Assembly: GCA_976551045.1 (NCBI GenBank)
Contig: CDPCPM010000196.1
Span: 2,728,001-2,792,000 of the forward strand
DNA from: Glaucostegus cemiculus
Lineage: Eukaryota
Reading direction: 5' to 3'
Length of the DNA: 64,000 nucleotides
Part shown: in pieces, positions 37,965-53,010 of the stretch
Position numbering within the stretch: position 1 is the first letter of the stretch
Layout of the letters: the number at the start of each line of letters is the position of its first letter
The notes under the pieces: generated by a model
Seen by the model: only the letters and a program-made list of their open reading frames with translations
The model's database searches: none
What the model was told of the DNA's origin: nothing
Position numbers and translations under genes: made by a program

Positions 37965-38388
37965 ACAACCCAGCGGTAGATAGGGGTGGGAGGGCTGATG
38001 ATTATGTTAATTGCTTTCGCGAGACAGCAGGATGTGTAAACGGAGTCGATGGAGTGGAGGCTGGTTTGCGTAATGGACTGAGCTGTGTTCACAACTCTCT
38101 GCAATTCCTTGCGTTCTTTAGCCGACCAGTTAGCGTACCAAGCTGTGAGGAAGCAGGAATAAGATGTTTTTCTACGGGGCATCTATAAAAAATTGGTAAG
38201 CGTCATCGAGAACATGCCGAATTTCCTTAAGCCTTTTTTTTAGAAACTAGAGGTGCTGGAGTGATTTCTTGGCCGTAGCATTCAAGTGGTCGGACGAAAA
38301 AATAACGTTGGTGATACTTATACATTGGAACTTTCACATGGAGCCATCTCCACCTCAGTACCATTGATGTTCTTGGGGGTAAATCTTC
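37965..38388 (-). mobile_element. Rex1/Babar LINE fragment
   Basis: TAWYANWSAKERKELQRVVNTAQSITQTSLHSIDSVY. Confidence 0.8.
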
Positions 38389-38389
38389 T

Positions 38390-38700
38390 ACCCATTTGCA
38401 CCATTTCTGTTGATTATGGTTCTTAACGCCTCTGAGAGTCAAACATATGATGGAAGACAATCAATTTAGGCAGGGTTTAAGAGGGCGCTAGAACGATGAA
38501 CAGGTGGAGAACAGGAGAAATTCAATCATTCTATTCGGCGCTGTGTCTGGCAGCTTCAACATTCTATGGATTGTAGATTTCATGAGTTTCAGTAGTGTAC
38601 ACTTCACGCATTCTCAGTTTTTGCAAACCAATCTCAATGGCCAATTTACCATTGCATAACAAATCAGATTTTTGCTGAGCTACCAGATTTCATACTAAAC
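38390..38700 (+). pseudogene. GPR139-like copy 7: isolated TM5-TM7 fragment
   Basis: PFAPFLLIMVLNA and EQVENRRNSIILFGAVSGSFNILW are readable. Bounded on the left by a Rex1 fragment and on the right by the unit's downstream block. Confidence 0.85.
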
Positions 38701-40089
38701 GATCAGAACGTGTACTTCACTCAGCTCTCATTTTACACTGATATGCCAATATGTTTAGTATAATTGATGTTGTAATGTATTTGAAAGACGAGGGGTAGGG
38801 CCAGTGCCACACAGCTCCAGAGACACAGTTTCAATCCTGGCATGAGCTGTGGTCTGTGTGGAGATACCACGTTTTCCAAGTAACCGCCATGATTTATCCA
38901 ACTGTGCCTATCTCCTACCGCATCCTAAGGACATGCAGGCTAGTGGGTTAATTGGCTACAGAAAATTGCCCTGTAAATATAGGTAAGATGTAGAATATGG
39001 CTGAACTTGATGAGAATGTGGAGGCGCAGAGTAGGGTGAGACACAAATTCCAATGAATTTCGGATTAGTGGGAAAATGTGGTATTCTTCATGATCAGTGC
39101 GGAAGAAGGGTCCCTTCCATGCCGATTCCTTCAACGAAAATTTGTGTCGTCAAATTCTTCGATATTGTATCTTGCTGTTCTGCTTCCCTCAGTGGAACAG
39201 TTGCACTGTCGATCACTATGACAATGTTTTTTGAGGTGAATACCCTGCGCCAGCTGTTCAGATACATGGTCTTTGTGAGAGATACAGGAAGAAAACAGAA
39301 ACTTGTCTGTTTAAACAAGATGGCAACAATATATACAGCTCCAGAATAGGTGTCACAAGGAGAACAGTTGGAGCGGAATTGAGTCATAGCTTCCTACAGC
39401 ACAGACGCCCCCCTTCAGCCCACCATATCCATGTGGACTTTTTGCCCACATACACGAATCACATTTGTCCACATCAGGAGAGTTTTCTTCCATGCCTAGC
39501 CTGTTTAATAGCCTGTCCTAATTACACTTCAACATATTAATTGCAGTTGAATCCTTCACCTCTCCTCGACGCAAGTTCCAGATATCGTCCAAACTCTGTG
39601 TAAAATACCCACTCCCCAAGTCCACTTCAACAGTCCCTTCTCCGACCTTAAACCAATGCCCTTTCGTATGTGGCGACATTGTCTTGCGAATGGAATATAC
39701 GACACTACTTGCAGACAGCGGTTTGCAACTGCCCTACAACCTTTGCATGTTTTTTTTTTATCCTGAAAGTCAGACGTCTGCATGAAAATATGGTATCTGC
39801 TGATTATCACCATTCCAATTCAAACAGACGGCTCGCAGAACTGTGGTCACCGATGTCATCAGCTCTGATATTAATTGTTGTTACGTTGGGGTGAAAGGCA
39901 CTGGGTGTGTGGAAATTTTCATTTGCATCCCGAAGGGGTTTTGAGCCAGTAGGCAGATAGTCCAACTGGAGATCTTGCATTGGGGTAGCTAATTGAAGGA
40001 AGTGAAAACGGCAACTGCTTGGATTGTCAGTGGGACAACTTAGATCGTCACCATCCACAGCTGTGATTGGTTAAGTCCTCATCTGAAGT

Positions 40090-40680
40090 GCGCAGCACTT
40101 TAAAGGACAGCTGGTTAGAATTCGGGATCAGCGAATAGATATGAAGATAAAAGATGACGATACTACGGTTCAGGAACCTTGCATGACAGGAGATAATTTA
40201 AGTTGCGTCAAGAAAGTAAAGGAATAATTTGCAAGGCATAGGAAGCTGAAAATGGTCAAGGCCCATGAGAAACATAAAGGACGTAGAAAATAACTGAAAC
40301 AAGGTACGAGGAAGGTGGCAAGGGTAATGAAATGTACTTGCCAAGCAGGATTAAGGAAAATCCAAAGAATCTATGCATAAATTATGCACAGAAATGTCAC
40401 GACCGAAAGGGACCTTCAATCAAAAACAAAGGTGCTAAATTCGACCCGGACAAGTGGAGGAGATATGAAATGGCTATTCACATCGGAATGCACCAAGGAG
40501 AAGGACTTGGATGATATTGTGAGCAGGGAACGAAGCGTTGAAATTCTGGGGCATGCTGACAGTTGGAAGAACATGGTGCTGGGTCTGTCAGGAAAATCAA
40601 GGTGGATAGGTCTGCAGTGCCTCATCTTATCTAACCAGGGAGTGAGGGAGACAAGGCAGGAGATTGCTGGGCCTTGATGA
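40090..40680 (+). mobile_element. Old CR1 ORF2 fragment duplicated with the gene unit
   Basis: SRIKENPK-type segment and AGGCAGGAGATTGCTGG. Paralogous pieces at ~48620-49505, ~54300-54850 and ~61720-62100. Confidence 0.7.
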
Positions 40681-40864
40681 GACTTGTTCTTTAGAATTAT
40701 TTCTAATGTTATCGTTACAACTGTAAGTTTCACTGGCCTGTAGTTTTAGCTTTTACCCAATGTCATTTTTGAATATGGGAATAACTAACTATCTCCACTT
40801 TACTGGTAAATCAGCAAAAGGTAACCTAGATTCAAATATCCCTGGCAGAGGCCTAGCAATGCTT

Positions 40865-41340
40865 TTATTTGTTCCAGATTTTAGCATCTGTGGCCCCTGT
40901 AGCTCTAGAGGAGTTCATCGTGTCGAGCAGCACCTGTGGAGAGGTCAGCCTTTCCGTGCAAGAAATGAAATGATTTAAGTTGTATTTCCGTCTGTTGCAT
41001 AGGGAGGTACCAAGAGAAATAGGAACGGCTGGTATGTGCGGATGAGAAGACCGCGGAGTCATGACTGCAGAAATCCCAAGAACATAGCTGGTGGGTGGGA
41101 GGGAGAGGGGTATGTCTCTGTTGACCGTATTATTGGAGCTCTAGGATCTTTCTAAACATTATTCAGAGAAAGACAGGGCTGGTGAGTGGGACGTGAGGGT
41201 CGAGGAACTCTGTCCCACTGACTATGAGGAAAGTGGTGAAGATAGAACTGCAGTGAATAGAAGACATGAGGTCTGGGGAAGAAACCACCAGGAGAAAAAG
41301 GAAGCCACGGTCTAGAAGGAAAGAATTTCAGAGGCGCCGG
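40865..41340 (-). mobile_element. Old Penelope-like fragment duplicated with the gene unit
   Basis: GGAGTTCATCGTGTCGAGCAGCA terminus plus a purine-rich body. Paralogues at ~31775-32290, ~49705-50165 and ~55030-55500, each downstream of CR1-like sequence. Confidence 0.65.
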
Positions 41341-43080
41341 GGTGGGGGGGAACGTACTAGACTCCTGGCAGGAGGGAGTGTTGCGTCTATTTTGGATGCC
41401 ACCATGGCACCTGAGTCTTTCAGGCGCTAGTAGAAGTCTGTAACACGCAGCTGATCTCTGTGCAGTGCTTATTTCGGATTATTCAGATCAAGAAATATCC
41501 ATTGATATACGCGTTGTTTGAGTCATCAATTCTTCTCCAAGAAACAAAGGAAGCCTCGAGATGTTAGATATATTACGAGCAGAACTCTATCCATCCAGTT
41601 TAACAGCGACGCGGTCACTGAACGGGGTCTGCCCTCATTTAGGTTTGAAGGGTAGTGTATGTAGACTTTTATGAACAAAGACATAAAGCTTGATTTCCCG
41701 TCCTCCAGCACAAGCCATAAATCTGTAGTTGTGTGCAAGATTATGACAAGGGCGTAATTTCTTTTTTCAGTGTTGCATGAACTCAATTTTCTTTTGCCTC
41801 ATTTTTGCATTTCACATCCCGAGTGCGAGTTCAATAGAAAGACAGAAGTATGCATCGCAGCATATCATTAATGCACACTAAAGTAAAGGACCTGTGTGAT
41901 TCATAGACGTGAACCTCTAAGTAAATATTTAAATATGCGTATATTCCAGCTTCTTCCAACATGAGTGAATGATTTTCCTTGAGTAACCTATTGTTTCAGT
42001 CACTGTCATTCAGTATTTCTGCAGTGTATTTACTTTCAAAACACGGGAAATTACATTTAATTGCAATATTTTCAGAAATGAATGGGATGGGGAATACCAT
42101 TCTTTAGAAAATGTATTATTTTTCAGGAAATCCGAAATATTTCAGCAGCTGAACACCTCTACAGTTGAAACAGACACCTTATGAAAAACGTTCCGTCATA
42201 TATATTGAAACGCTTAAAACTCATTGTCGAATTTATTGCGAACCCCCTTTTCAGCTTTTCCTTATATCCCCCAAAAACTCCTGTTTCTACAAATTTTTCA
42301 CCTTTCCCTCATTTCTCCCCAAAGCTAAAGTTTCTACAAATTTGCCAACTTTTCCAGTTGCTTGCGTTGTCTGTCTGCAGTTATTTGTTTATGCGATTTT
42401 TCTTCCATCTTCCACGTTACCCTAAAGATCGACACTCAACGATTTAGGAATAATGTTTTCCCCTCCCATCAAAATTTCGAACTGTCCATGAACCCATGAA
42501 TACTGGCTTACTATTCTTTTTTCGGGTACAATTTATTTCTTTATTAAATTTATTGTCATGCTTTGGTCTTTCTCTGCTGTCACAGATCAACAGGTTTCAT
42601 ATGATGAGTGGCAACAAACCTGATTCTATCTCACACCTGGCACCCCATTTTAATTATTTACACCATTATTTGTTGGGGGGACGAGGGGATTCTTGATGAA
42701 TCAGACCTAAAATATGGTAATGTATCATAAATACGCCCACGGATTTCCTGACCGTTCCTTGCATGTGCCTCTCAAATATATTATCAGATTCTGTAAAATG
42801 ATATCTTCGCCACAGGAAATCAGAAATCAAGAACGTTAACTAATGTATTTTCTAACATAATTCTTTCTGTTTACCTACGTTGGTGGCTGTTGCTGCGCAA
42901 CTTCCATAATTAGCAGCAGCAATGCTGTTCTGGTTTTCTTTGTTTGTTTATATCACTGTCAGATATCCGAATTATCTGGACTGTTTATTCATCGCAAGGT
43001 TGCTCTCGGGACCAACATACAGACTTTAAGATGAAATGAGCTCTACATGCACTGACAGGAATCGACGCTTCTTTCCGATC

Positions 43081-44902
43081 ATAGAACAGTCTGCACTAAT
43101 TCAGTACAAATATCCTTGCCATAGTTGGCGTCCGGGTAAACCGCTTTCTATTTTCTATCAGTCTTTACTGTTTTATAAATCTATGTGAAATTATTAATCT
43201 GTTTGATGGACACCTGCAAATTATTAGTATTGAAAATGCAACTTGCGGAGCCTGCGAAACGACATCAAAAATAGTTGTATAATAAATGTGCCTGCTAAGG
43301 AGAAGCAGAATGGAATCCACTCCTCCCCATTACATTTTCTGGCAACGGCTGACCCGCGTATGTTCTACGGGGCAGTGGGTCGGCCACAGAATTGTCAGAC
43401 TGCCCGCAGATGTTCTGGTTTACCGGTATATAATTGTAATTTTATTTATATCGACATATTGAAATTGATCGGTGAATAGTACTGGTGATTTAAGAATGAC
43501 CGCATGTGTCACTGCAGATGTAAGTGAAACACATTGTGGTCGGAGTTTCATCAGTATTCAACCCGCTTCAGCTTGGAACCACTTCTTCCGATTCCGTCAT
43601 GAAGCACATGTACGATTCTACATATGAAGTGACAGAAGGTTATGCAAGAAGGTGTGACGCTTGAGATTTATCAGTTGATCAGCCAGTATTCTACACGCTC
43701 GCCATTATGCACTGCTCAAATGAATGAGGTCAGATTCGATAGAACCCCCTAGACTTTAATACAACCGATACTTGATCCAGTGGAAATCTCTCGGTTCAGT
43801 CAAGCGAGGCACTGTAGTACTTTATTCATAATTTGTTGTATCACTGAAGCTTGTTTTACGGAATCTTGGGCAGATTGGCTACAGTAGGGGAAAGTGGGTT
43901 TGAAAGGCAAATAATGAAGGAGAAGACAGAGCAACTTCTTCCTCGGCCAATGAATGGTGACAAATGTAATGTCGTTATTTTCTGCAGCTGATTTGTTGGC
44001 GATCGTCATTCTAACCCGGGGCAAATGTGGTCTCTGCAACTGCATCACCCGTTATATGCCTTCTGTGGCAGTCGCTGAATTACTGGTTCTGATATTTGAG
44101 TTAATTCTCCATGAGATAAAAGGCGACTATTTTCGAGATTCATTCTTCAGTTTAGCTCCCATTTGTATTTTCAACATGCATTTTCAATTTATTTTCGTCC
44201 ATTGATTGCTCCATTTGGCTCACGGTGGCCTTCACTTTCTATCGGTTTGTCACCATTTGTTGACAGAAGATACAAGCAAAATACTACATCGAAAAACTGA
44301 AGCTCGGATGGTAGCACTGGTGTATTCCTTAAGCATTTTAGAAAATATGCTTATTGATTTTACTCACCACCCTCGAGAAATAATTCAGAATGTAGCTTGG
44401 TACTGTATTGTGAAATCAGATTTCTACACCTTCCCGATATGGATGACATTTTGGTGGTTTGAAACGATATTAACCCCATTTGTACTATTTCTGTTGACCA
44501 TGCTGCTCAACGCCCTGACAATAAGGCATATTATGCAAGCCAGTAGATTCCGTAGCGGGATCCGAAGGAACAAGAATGATGAGAGTTCTAGTGAACAAGA
44601 GGGGGAGAACCGAAGGAAGTCGATCGTTTTATTATTTGCTGTATCTGGCAGTTTCATATTGCTGTGGATGTTAAATTTCCTGTGATTCATTAGTGTGCAC
44701 TTCACAGATTCTGAGTTCAAAACAAACAAATTACAACGACCCATTTACCATTGCACAGCAAACCGGATATGTGCTGAGATGTGTGAGTTCATGCACGGAC
44801 ACGTTTATTTATGTGGCGTGCCAGACTAAATTCAGGCAGGAATTCAAACGTGTGATTCGGAGTCCCTTCGCTTTCTTGACTAATTCAATAAAGTGTATTT
44901 AA
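43081..44902 (+). pseudogene. GPR139-like copy 8: ATG->ATA, shortened exon 1, exon 2 43988..44902 with frameshifts and stops
   Basis: ORF pieces 43954..44205, 44206..44685 and 44693..44902 tile the receptor. TGA near 44261 and at 44683. TATA lost; TAATTAG at 42907. Confidence 0.92.
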
Positions 44903-47174
44903 TGTCTCAGTGAAAGTAAAATTTGTTTCAAAATGACGTTGTTCATATGATTATTATTTTATTGTTTCACACTCGACAATTAAGAAGGAGTCCATTTGAA
45001 CCATCGACTCCAGATCGTCTTTCTGAATAATCCTTTCTGTCACATTCCCCTGCTTCTCTCCCTTTTAACTGGTTCTCTCAGAGTCCATCGAGGGGCCACT
45101 AATTTGCCCTAAGCCCACCTGGACAAAAAGCAATTCACCACGACTAATCAATCGACAAACCACGAATCTTTAGGACGTGAGTGGGGGGAGGGGGATGTGC
45201 TGAAAGGAGCACCCTGGGAAACCAACGCGATCACAGTAAGAATGTTCAAACGCCACTCAGACAGCAACGTCGAACAGGAATGAACCCTCAATCATGTTAT
45301 TCTGAGGCTACAGCACCACGTCTGCGTCGCTGCAAAGCCAAAGAAATTTATTTGGAGCAATTACGTTTTCGGCAGATTGAACACTAAGAAAAATTAATGA
45401 CCGCTCTTGATCGTGCTCCCTTGGAGTGTTTGGTGTCGTCGTGAATGATATCAACAACCTGCATTTAGAAGGAAAGTTTATCCGTCCGTTCCTGTTGCAT
45501 CTCTTATTTCAATTGAAATGTTTATCTAAACTTAACATTTTTTCCAGTCATTTTGATCAGTTTTCTGGATTATCTAAGTAGCAGAAACGTTTAAAACACT
45601 GTCAATTGACACTAATTAGGTCCAAGGAAGGTTGGTCTCCTGCAGACCAATCGCCACCTGCATTGCTTCCACATCACGAGCTGCCATTGAGCTAAGACGA
45701 CCGCACCTTGAAACAGCACGTAAGCATGGACTCAGAGTCAGTAGAGTTTCGGAGAGCGGGACAGACGGAGCAGAGTCCAATCCAGCAGCATTATAGCCTT
45801 TCTCCAATACGTAAATATTATGAAAAGAATATCTTGCGAAACGGGATTCAAGACCCGGCTTTACGGAAGCCCGGCAGCGAGGTTGTGAATACCTGCAGCT
45901 GAAGAGTACTTGATGCCCAAGCGATTCATTGAAAGTTCTGCGAACTTAAAGATCTGAGATTGGCTTGTCAATGACTTCTCGAATTTTATTAAAATCAACT
46001 CTTAATTCAATCTTATAAACAATATTTGTCTTGGGAGACAATTCCAATTCAATTCGATGTACTAGTTAGGAAGTAGAGCCTTACATTCGGACTGACATGG
46101 ACCATACGCACGCATGTAAAGTCCAAAATAAAGTGTAGTAGTCATTTAGTTTATTTGTAACATCCAATAACGGATTACGTTTGCTGTTCGTGGCTTTTAG
46201 ATGCCTCTGCCTCACGTTATATTGTTAGTCGCATATTAGTGCTTGCTGTGTTGAATCTGCTGCTGTTTATACCCTATCAGTGAGTGTGCTACAGTCAGCT
46301 CACATTTTACTCTGAACTGCCACTATTTTTGGTAAAATTGATATTGTAATGCATTTGAAAACAGAACAGGTCGAGCCATTGTCTTCCAGCACCAGAGACC
46401 GAGGTTCAATCCTCATCTTTGTTGCGGTCTGTGTGGACTTACCACATTCTTCCAGAAACCGCGTGGATTCCTCCGAATGTTCCTATTGATGGGCAATTTC
46501 TCAGGGCGTGCGGGTTGGTATTTAATAAACAACCGTTAATTGCCCCTACTGTGGAGTTATGTGGTCGAATCTGGGCGGTGTTGATAGGAATATGGAGGTG
46601 TGAGGTATGGGGAGATACCAATTGCGATAAATGTAGTATTATTGGAAAGGGGTGGCCGAAGGTCCTCTTACCGTGCTGATTCATTCCATTAATCTGTGAG
46701 TCGCCAAATGTCTCTCTATTGCACCCTGCTGTTCTGTTTTCTTCGGTGCAAAAGGTACACTGGGTCACTGCGTCAGCGATTACTGAGGTGAATATCCCGC
46801 GTCAGCAGTTTAGCTGCATGATCTCGGGGATGACGACGTGGAAAAAATGGAATCTGGTAATCTTAAACCGGATGCCAATAAAGAAGTAAGTTCTAGACTG
46901 TCTCTGATGAGCAGCACAGTTCGAGACCCAAAGAGTCATACTGTCGTAGATCACAGAAGGTACCCCTCAGCCCACGCCACAACCATGCCAACTTTTTTGA
47001 CCACTTCTAAAAATTTGCAAACGTTTGACCGAATCTTCGACGACATGTCGAATCACCTGAAACTTCTAAAACATTAGAGCCGCTGGCCAGCTTTCATTGT
47101 GGTTTCAGCTATGTGCTGGGCCCAGGATATGTCCTCAGTGGTGTTGGCAATTTTAAGTGGCTAATGACTAACCC

Positions 47175-48545
47175 CTCCATCATTCTATCTGAGGTTCGCA
47201 CCTGCTTTTACGAAGACCACTATCATCCCGTTACCATACAGAAACAACGTAACATGCCTTAGTTACGACCGACTGGTAGCTCTGTCATCCACCATCATGA
47301 AGTGCTTCAAAAGTCTTGTTAGAGCACGAATTAACCCCAGCCTTCGGAAAACTTCGAGTCTCTGCAATTCGCTTACCGCCGAAATCAGTCTCCTGTGGAC
47401 GCCATTCCCCTTGCTCGCACTCATCTCTGGAACATCTGGACAGCAAAGACACCTCCGTTAGACTGTTGTTTATTGACTACCTCTCCGCCTTCAAGACTAT
47501 ATTTCAAGTAAAACCATCACCGAGATATGGGGCTCAACACCTCCTTCTGCAACTGGATGCTTGACTTGCTGACCAACAGACCGCAGCGAGGATAGGCAGC
47601 AATACGTCGTGCACGATAATTCTCAACACTGGTGCTCCACGAGGCGACCTCCTCATCTCAACTCTATTCCCTATTTACTCATGATTGCGTGGCCAGATTC
47701 TGCTCTAATTCCATCAACGCGTTTTCAGATGATACCATCGTCGTGGGCCGTGTCTCAAGTAACGATGAGTCGGAGCGCAGGAAGGAGATACAGATCTTAG
47801 TAGCATTCTGTCTTGACATAGCCTTTCTCTCAATGTCAGCAAAACCAAAGGACTGGTCGTTGAATTCAGGAAAGTTGGCGGAGTGCATACAGCCACGTTC
47901 AAGAAAGCTCACAAGCACCCTTATTTCCTCAGGAGGCTAATGAAATTTGACATGTCCTCTTTGACACTCACTAACCTTTATTGCTGCAACAAGAAAGTCA
48001 TCCTATTTGGATGCATCGTAGCTTGGTATGGTAATTGCTCTGCACAGAACCGCAAAGAAATTGCAGAGATTTATGGATATAGCCTAGCACATCACGGAAA
48101 TCAGCTTACCTTCCATGGACTCTGTCCATACCTCTCGCTGCCTTGGTGAAGCGTCCAGCATAATGGAAACACCCAGCCGAGTCATATTTTCTTCTCCACT
48201 CTGCCATCAGGCAGAAGATGCAGGAGCCTGAGGACACGTACCAGCAGGCTCAGCGACTGATTCTATTCAATGGTGATAAGACTATTGAACTGGTCCATTC
48301 TACGATGAGGTGGATTCTTGACCTCACAATCCACCTTTCGATGACCTTGCATCTTACTGACTACCTGGAACGCACTTCCCTGTTGCTGCGATATTTTACT
48401 CTGTGTTATTTTATTGTTATTAACCTGTACGACCTCAACACAATGTGTAATGAATTGATCTGTACGAACGGTATGGTATGCAAGACAAATTTTTCACTGT
48501 ACCTAGGTATAAGTGTCAATAATAAACCAATATCAATACCAATTA
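47175..48545 (+). mobile_element. Rex1/Babar LINE, degraded RT plus 3' UTR
   Basis: HSSLEHLDSKDTSVRLLFIDYLSAFKTI, LYSLFTHDCVARF..FSDDTIVVGRVS, GCIVAWYGNCSAQNRK; ends AATAAACCAATATCAATACCAAT. A short minus-strand Rex1 piece precedes it (~47010-47160). Confidence 0.88.
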
Positions 48546-51023
48546 ATTGCGATTGCGTTGGTGTAAAAAGCATTGCGAGAGTGGGATTTTAAAGCTCTAT
48601 CCACAAGAGCTTTTGACTCAGTACGTATACAGTAAAATTGTTGTAATTGCCTTGCTGAACGTAATCTTATGGAATATAGCCGTGGAACGGATTGAACTAT
48701 CAGTGGGGAGAATTTCGGAGATAATTAGTATATCGCTGTAAATTGTTGGGAAATCTGTATGTCTCCCTAAATGTTTGGGTAAATTCACCAAAGTTATTGG
48801 GTAAATACACATCTGACATATGGGATTCATTTATAGGACTGCTGTTTAGAATTCAGGGCCAACATCTTGTTATGAAGATTAAAGAAAACTCTGGCAAAAT
48901 TCTGAAATCTTGGATGACCGGAGAGAATTTAAGTTTAGTCATAAAGAAAACGACAACTTTCGTAAGATGTAGGATACTGAAATCGGACAAGGCCATTGAG
49001 AATTATAAAAGAAGAAGGAAAGAAATGAAACAATGAATCAAGAGGCTACAAGGGCCATGAAATGTCCTTGTGAAGTGGGACTAAGCAACAGCCCAGGGCA
49101 GTCTAACATGTACTAACAAGAAGGTAGCTAAAGACAAGATCAATTAAGCACAAAGGACTAATTTCTACCAGACAGATTAGTGGGTGAGATACTAAATCAG
49201 AATCAGTTTTATTGTCACAACCATATACATACATAGTATGCATAGGAGCGAGATACCGTCGTCCTCAGGTGCACGTCCCAGCGCTCAACTTCCTGATTAG
49301 CTGAATGGACTGTCACATTGGCACACACCATGGAAAAGGACGAGGATGACAGTGAGATCTGGGAAGGATGTGAAATTTCAGATCATGCAGATTTTCGGAA
49401 GGAAAAGGTTCTCGGTCTCTTCGGCAGCAGTAAAATGGATAGGTCTACACGGTCTGATGGGTATCTCCCAGGAGAGCTAAGCAGACAAGGCAGGATATTG
49501 CTAGATATAGCTGAGAACTGCTGTTTGGAATTGTTTCCAACGTTATCGTTACCAAAGTAAAGATTACTGGCCTATTGATGTTGGCTTTCCCCAATATCCG
49601 CTTCGAATAAGGGTACAAAATTAACTATTCTCCAGTTTTCTGCTATATTAGCCGAGGCTAACTGAGATGCAAAGGTCTCCAGCAGAGGCTCAACAATTGT
49701 TTTCATTGTTCCATATTTCAGCATCTCTAGACCCTGCATATGCTGAAGACGTTCACCGGGTCGAAAATCATCTAAAGAGGGCTCGGCCTTTCTTTCCAAG
49801 GGGTGAAAGGATTCGAGCTGAGTCTCCTGCTCTTGCATGGAAAAGTGCGGCTGCTGTGTTTGGATAAGCGGACCAGGGATTCATGACCGGTGCAATCGCC
49901 ATGATGTACTGTAGGGAGTGGAGGGAGAGTGGGCATGTTTCTGTTATCAGAATGTTGTTGGAGCTGCAGGAAATTTCGGAAGAGGATCCGTAGGAAGGGA
50001 ATTTTGGTGGGTGGAATGTAAGGATCCATGGAACAATGCGCTTCATCTGCCCATGGACAGAGATGGCGAGGACAATTGTGCGGGGAATGGATGAGGTGAG
50101 ATCACGGCAGATACACTATGGGAAATGGAAGCTTCTCTCAAGAAGGACAACATTTCAGAGGAGTCGCAAGAATGTACAGAAGTCACTGTGAGCCAATTTG
50201 TTGTTTCCATTTGCATGATTCCATGACACTGACTATTTGGGACACAGTACAGAGTCTTCTTGGCGCTGATGGAATTGTATAATATGCAGATGAACTCTGT
50301 ACATTGATGTTACTTATTTCAGATTGTGCAACTCTTGAAAGATCCAATGAACTACTAATTCTTGAGGTCAACAGCACGATACCTTGAGATCTATCACATA
50401 TGTTAAGGAGATCACCAGTTATCCACGTGTACCAGGGTCGTGTTCACTGGAAGTGCACTATTGTCATTCAGTTTTTAATGTTTGTCTCCATACACATTTC
50501 TGAACAAGATTGCAACAACTGCGTTTCTCCAGTACGCAGAAGACATGAATCCTTCAATGCGTGCAAGATGACGACACGGCATAATTTATTTTTCAGTGAT
50601 TCACGAACAAACTTCTCAGTGTGATATTTTAAGCCTGGAGTGGAAACTCCATGCAAAGGCGGGCATGCATCGAGATCATATCATTAATGGATAGTGAAGT
50701 CAGAGCGATGTGATTTTCAAGGCCTGAATTTCGAGGCAGTGATTTACAAGTCCTTATATTCTGCTTTCTTTCGACATGAAAGAACGATATTCCATGAGGT
50801 TACACTTTGTGTCAGACCATGTCTCGCAGTATTGTCATTGTGTTTTCCCTTTTAAAACACAGGAAATTAATTCTCATTGCAGTATTTCGAGAAATGGACA
50901 GTAAATAAAACAAATGAACCGCTATAAATGAGTTAATATATTTTGAGGAAATCTCGAATATTGGAGAAGATTTGAGATGCGAGCTCTCTATGCACAAGCA
51001 AGAATCGTCGCTTTTCTCTGAGC

Positions 51024-53010
51024 ATGATGCAGTCGGTACTCATTCAGGAAGAACATACTTACTACTCTATCCTTGCCATCGTTGCCGTTCTGGTAAGTTG
51101 CTCATTATTTTATATTACTCTTTTGATGTTCAGACTTTATTGATAACTGCCTGTCTGCTATTAGCAGTATATTTGATGGACACATGCCAATTATCGGCAT
51201 TGAAAACCCAACTGACATGTAAAGAACGAAAATGCCTTCCATCCTGTTGGTAGGGAATGCAAATTAATCTTAATACTTTAGGGTGCGGCTCCTTGGCTGC
51301 AAACACAGGTCATGCGTCTGTGTGAAGTGGCAGCATGGAGATATTGGCTAAATTTAACACTCTAAGTTTGCAGCGACTGCGAAAGGACATGAAATGATAA
51401 ATGTATTATAATTGTGACTACCAGTGAGTTAACGATGGGCACCTGCTACTCCCCGAAATCTTCTGGCTAACTACTGACGCACAGTAGGTTCAGCGGGACA
51501 GAGGGTAGCACACAAAATTAACAGACCTCATGCATATGATGCACCTCATCAGCATAGAATTGTATTTGGTTTTATGAACACGTGTTGAAATAAATTTGTA
51601 ACATATACTGAGGAATTTAAGTATGGTCACATCTGTTTCAGCAGATATTTGTGAAACGCATCGTGTTCAGAATTTCAGCAATAGTCAGAACATTTCAACG
51701 TGGGTGCACTTCTTCAGATTCTCGTCTGAAAGCAGATGCAGTGTTCTGCCCATGACCTCACAGAATTTTATTCAACAAGGTGAGACGTTCGCGAGAGGTT
51801 GGCACAACAGCCGCTATTCTTAATGCTCCGAATTCCGCTCTGATCAAGTGAATGTGGTCTGATTCGGTTATACCTGTCAGACGTTAATACAACGGATATT
51901 TGTTACGTTGGGAATCTGTCAGTGTGGTCAAGCCATAAGCTTCACTATTTTATTAATCAATGGTTCTTGTTTATTAGAATCACGGGCATATTGGCTGTCC
52001 TCGTGAAACAAGTAGTTTTGAATGCAGAATAATGCACTGATATTTCTGTAACGAACAGTCAGTATCGCTGCTCTCTCGACCGATGAATGTTGGTAAATTT
52101 AGATTCGTTTTTGTTGCACGTAATTTGTTGACCATTCTCACTCTGTCCCGGAGAAAGTGTGATCTTTCCAAACACAACATGCGTTATATGATGTCCATGT
52201 CCGCAGATGAATTGCAGCTTGAAATGATTAAGGTAATTCTCCATGAGATTAAATATGCCTATTTCCAAGAGGCATTCCAGAATTTAACCGCCACATGTAC
52301 TTTCAAGTCGGTCCTCAATACTTTTTATGCCATTGATTGTTCCGTCTGGATAACAGCGGCATTAACCATCGATCAATGTTATTGGAAATTATAAGCAAAA
52401 CACTGCACCAAAAACACTGCGACTCGAGTGATAGCAGCACTGTTGATCTAAAGTATTTTGCAGAATATTTTTTCTGTGTCCATTGAGAAATAATTGACAA
52501 TGTTGATTGGTACTACATTTGGAAATGTAGTACCAATTTCGACACCCGTCTGATATTCGAAGCATTTTTGTAGCTTGAAACGATTTCAACACCGTTTGCA
52601 CAATTTTATTTGAACAGTCCACACAACGCCCTGACAATCCGGCATAGTATGCAAGCCAATCGAATGTGAGCGGACTCCGCGGGAGAAGAATGATGTGAGT
52701 TCCACAGCTTAAGTGGTGGAATTCCGGAAGCAGAGAATCATTGTCTTAGTCACTGTATCTGGCCGGTTCCTTCGACTGTGGATGGTAAATAATGTGAGTT
52801 TAATTGGAGTAGACTTTACAGATTCCCATTTAAAGGAAACAGATTGCAACAATCTATTTATCATTGCAGAACAAACAGAATATATGTTGAGGTGTTTGAG
52901 TGCTGGCACGAACACGTTTATTTATGCGGTATTCCAGACAAATTTCAGGAATGAATTAAAATATGGGATGAAGAGGCCCTGCGCTTTCTGTACTAATTCA
53001 ATAGATAACT
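51024..53010 (+). pseudogene. GPR139-like copy 9: 69-nt exon 1, acceptor lost, promoter deleted
   Basis: MMQSVLIQEEHTYYSILAIVAVL at 51024..51092, then GTAAG. Exon 2 from ~52120 (NLLTILTLSRRKCDLSK; AIDCSVWIT; YMLRCLSAGTNTFIYAVFQTNFRNELK). Confidence 0.9.

Noticed and set aside
45900-46010. Possible minus-strand exon (LSMNRLG, LRR-like) in the downstream block
   Set aside because: The reading frame is not preserved in paralogous blocks and there are no convincing splice sites.
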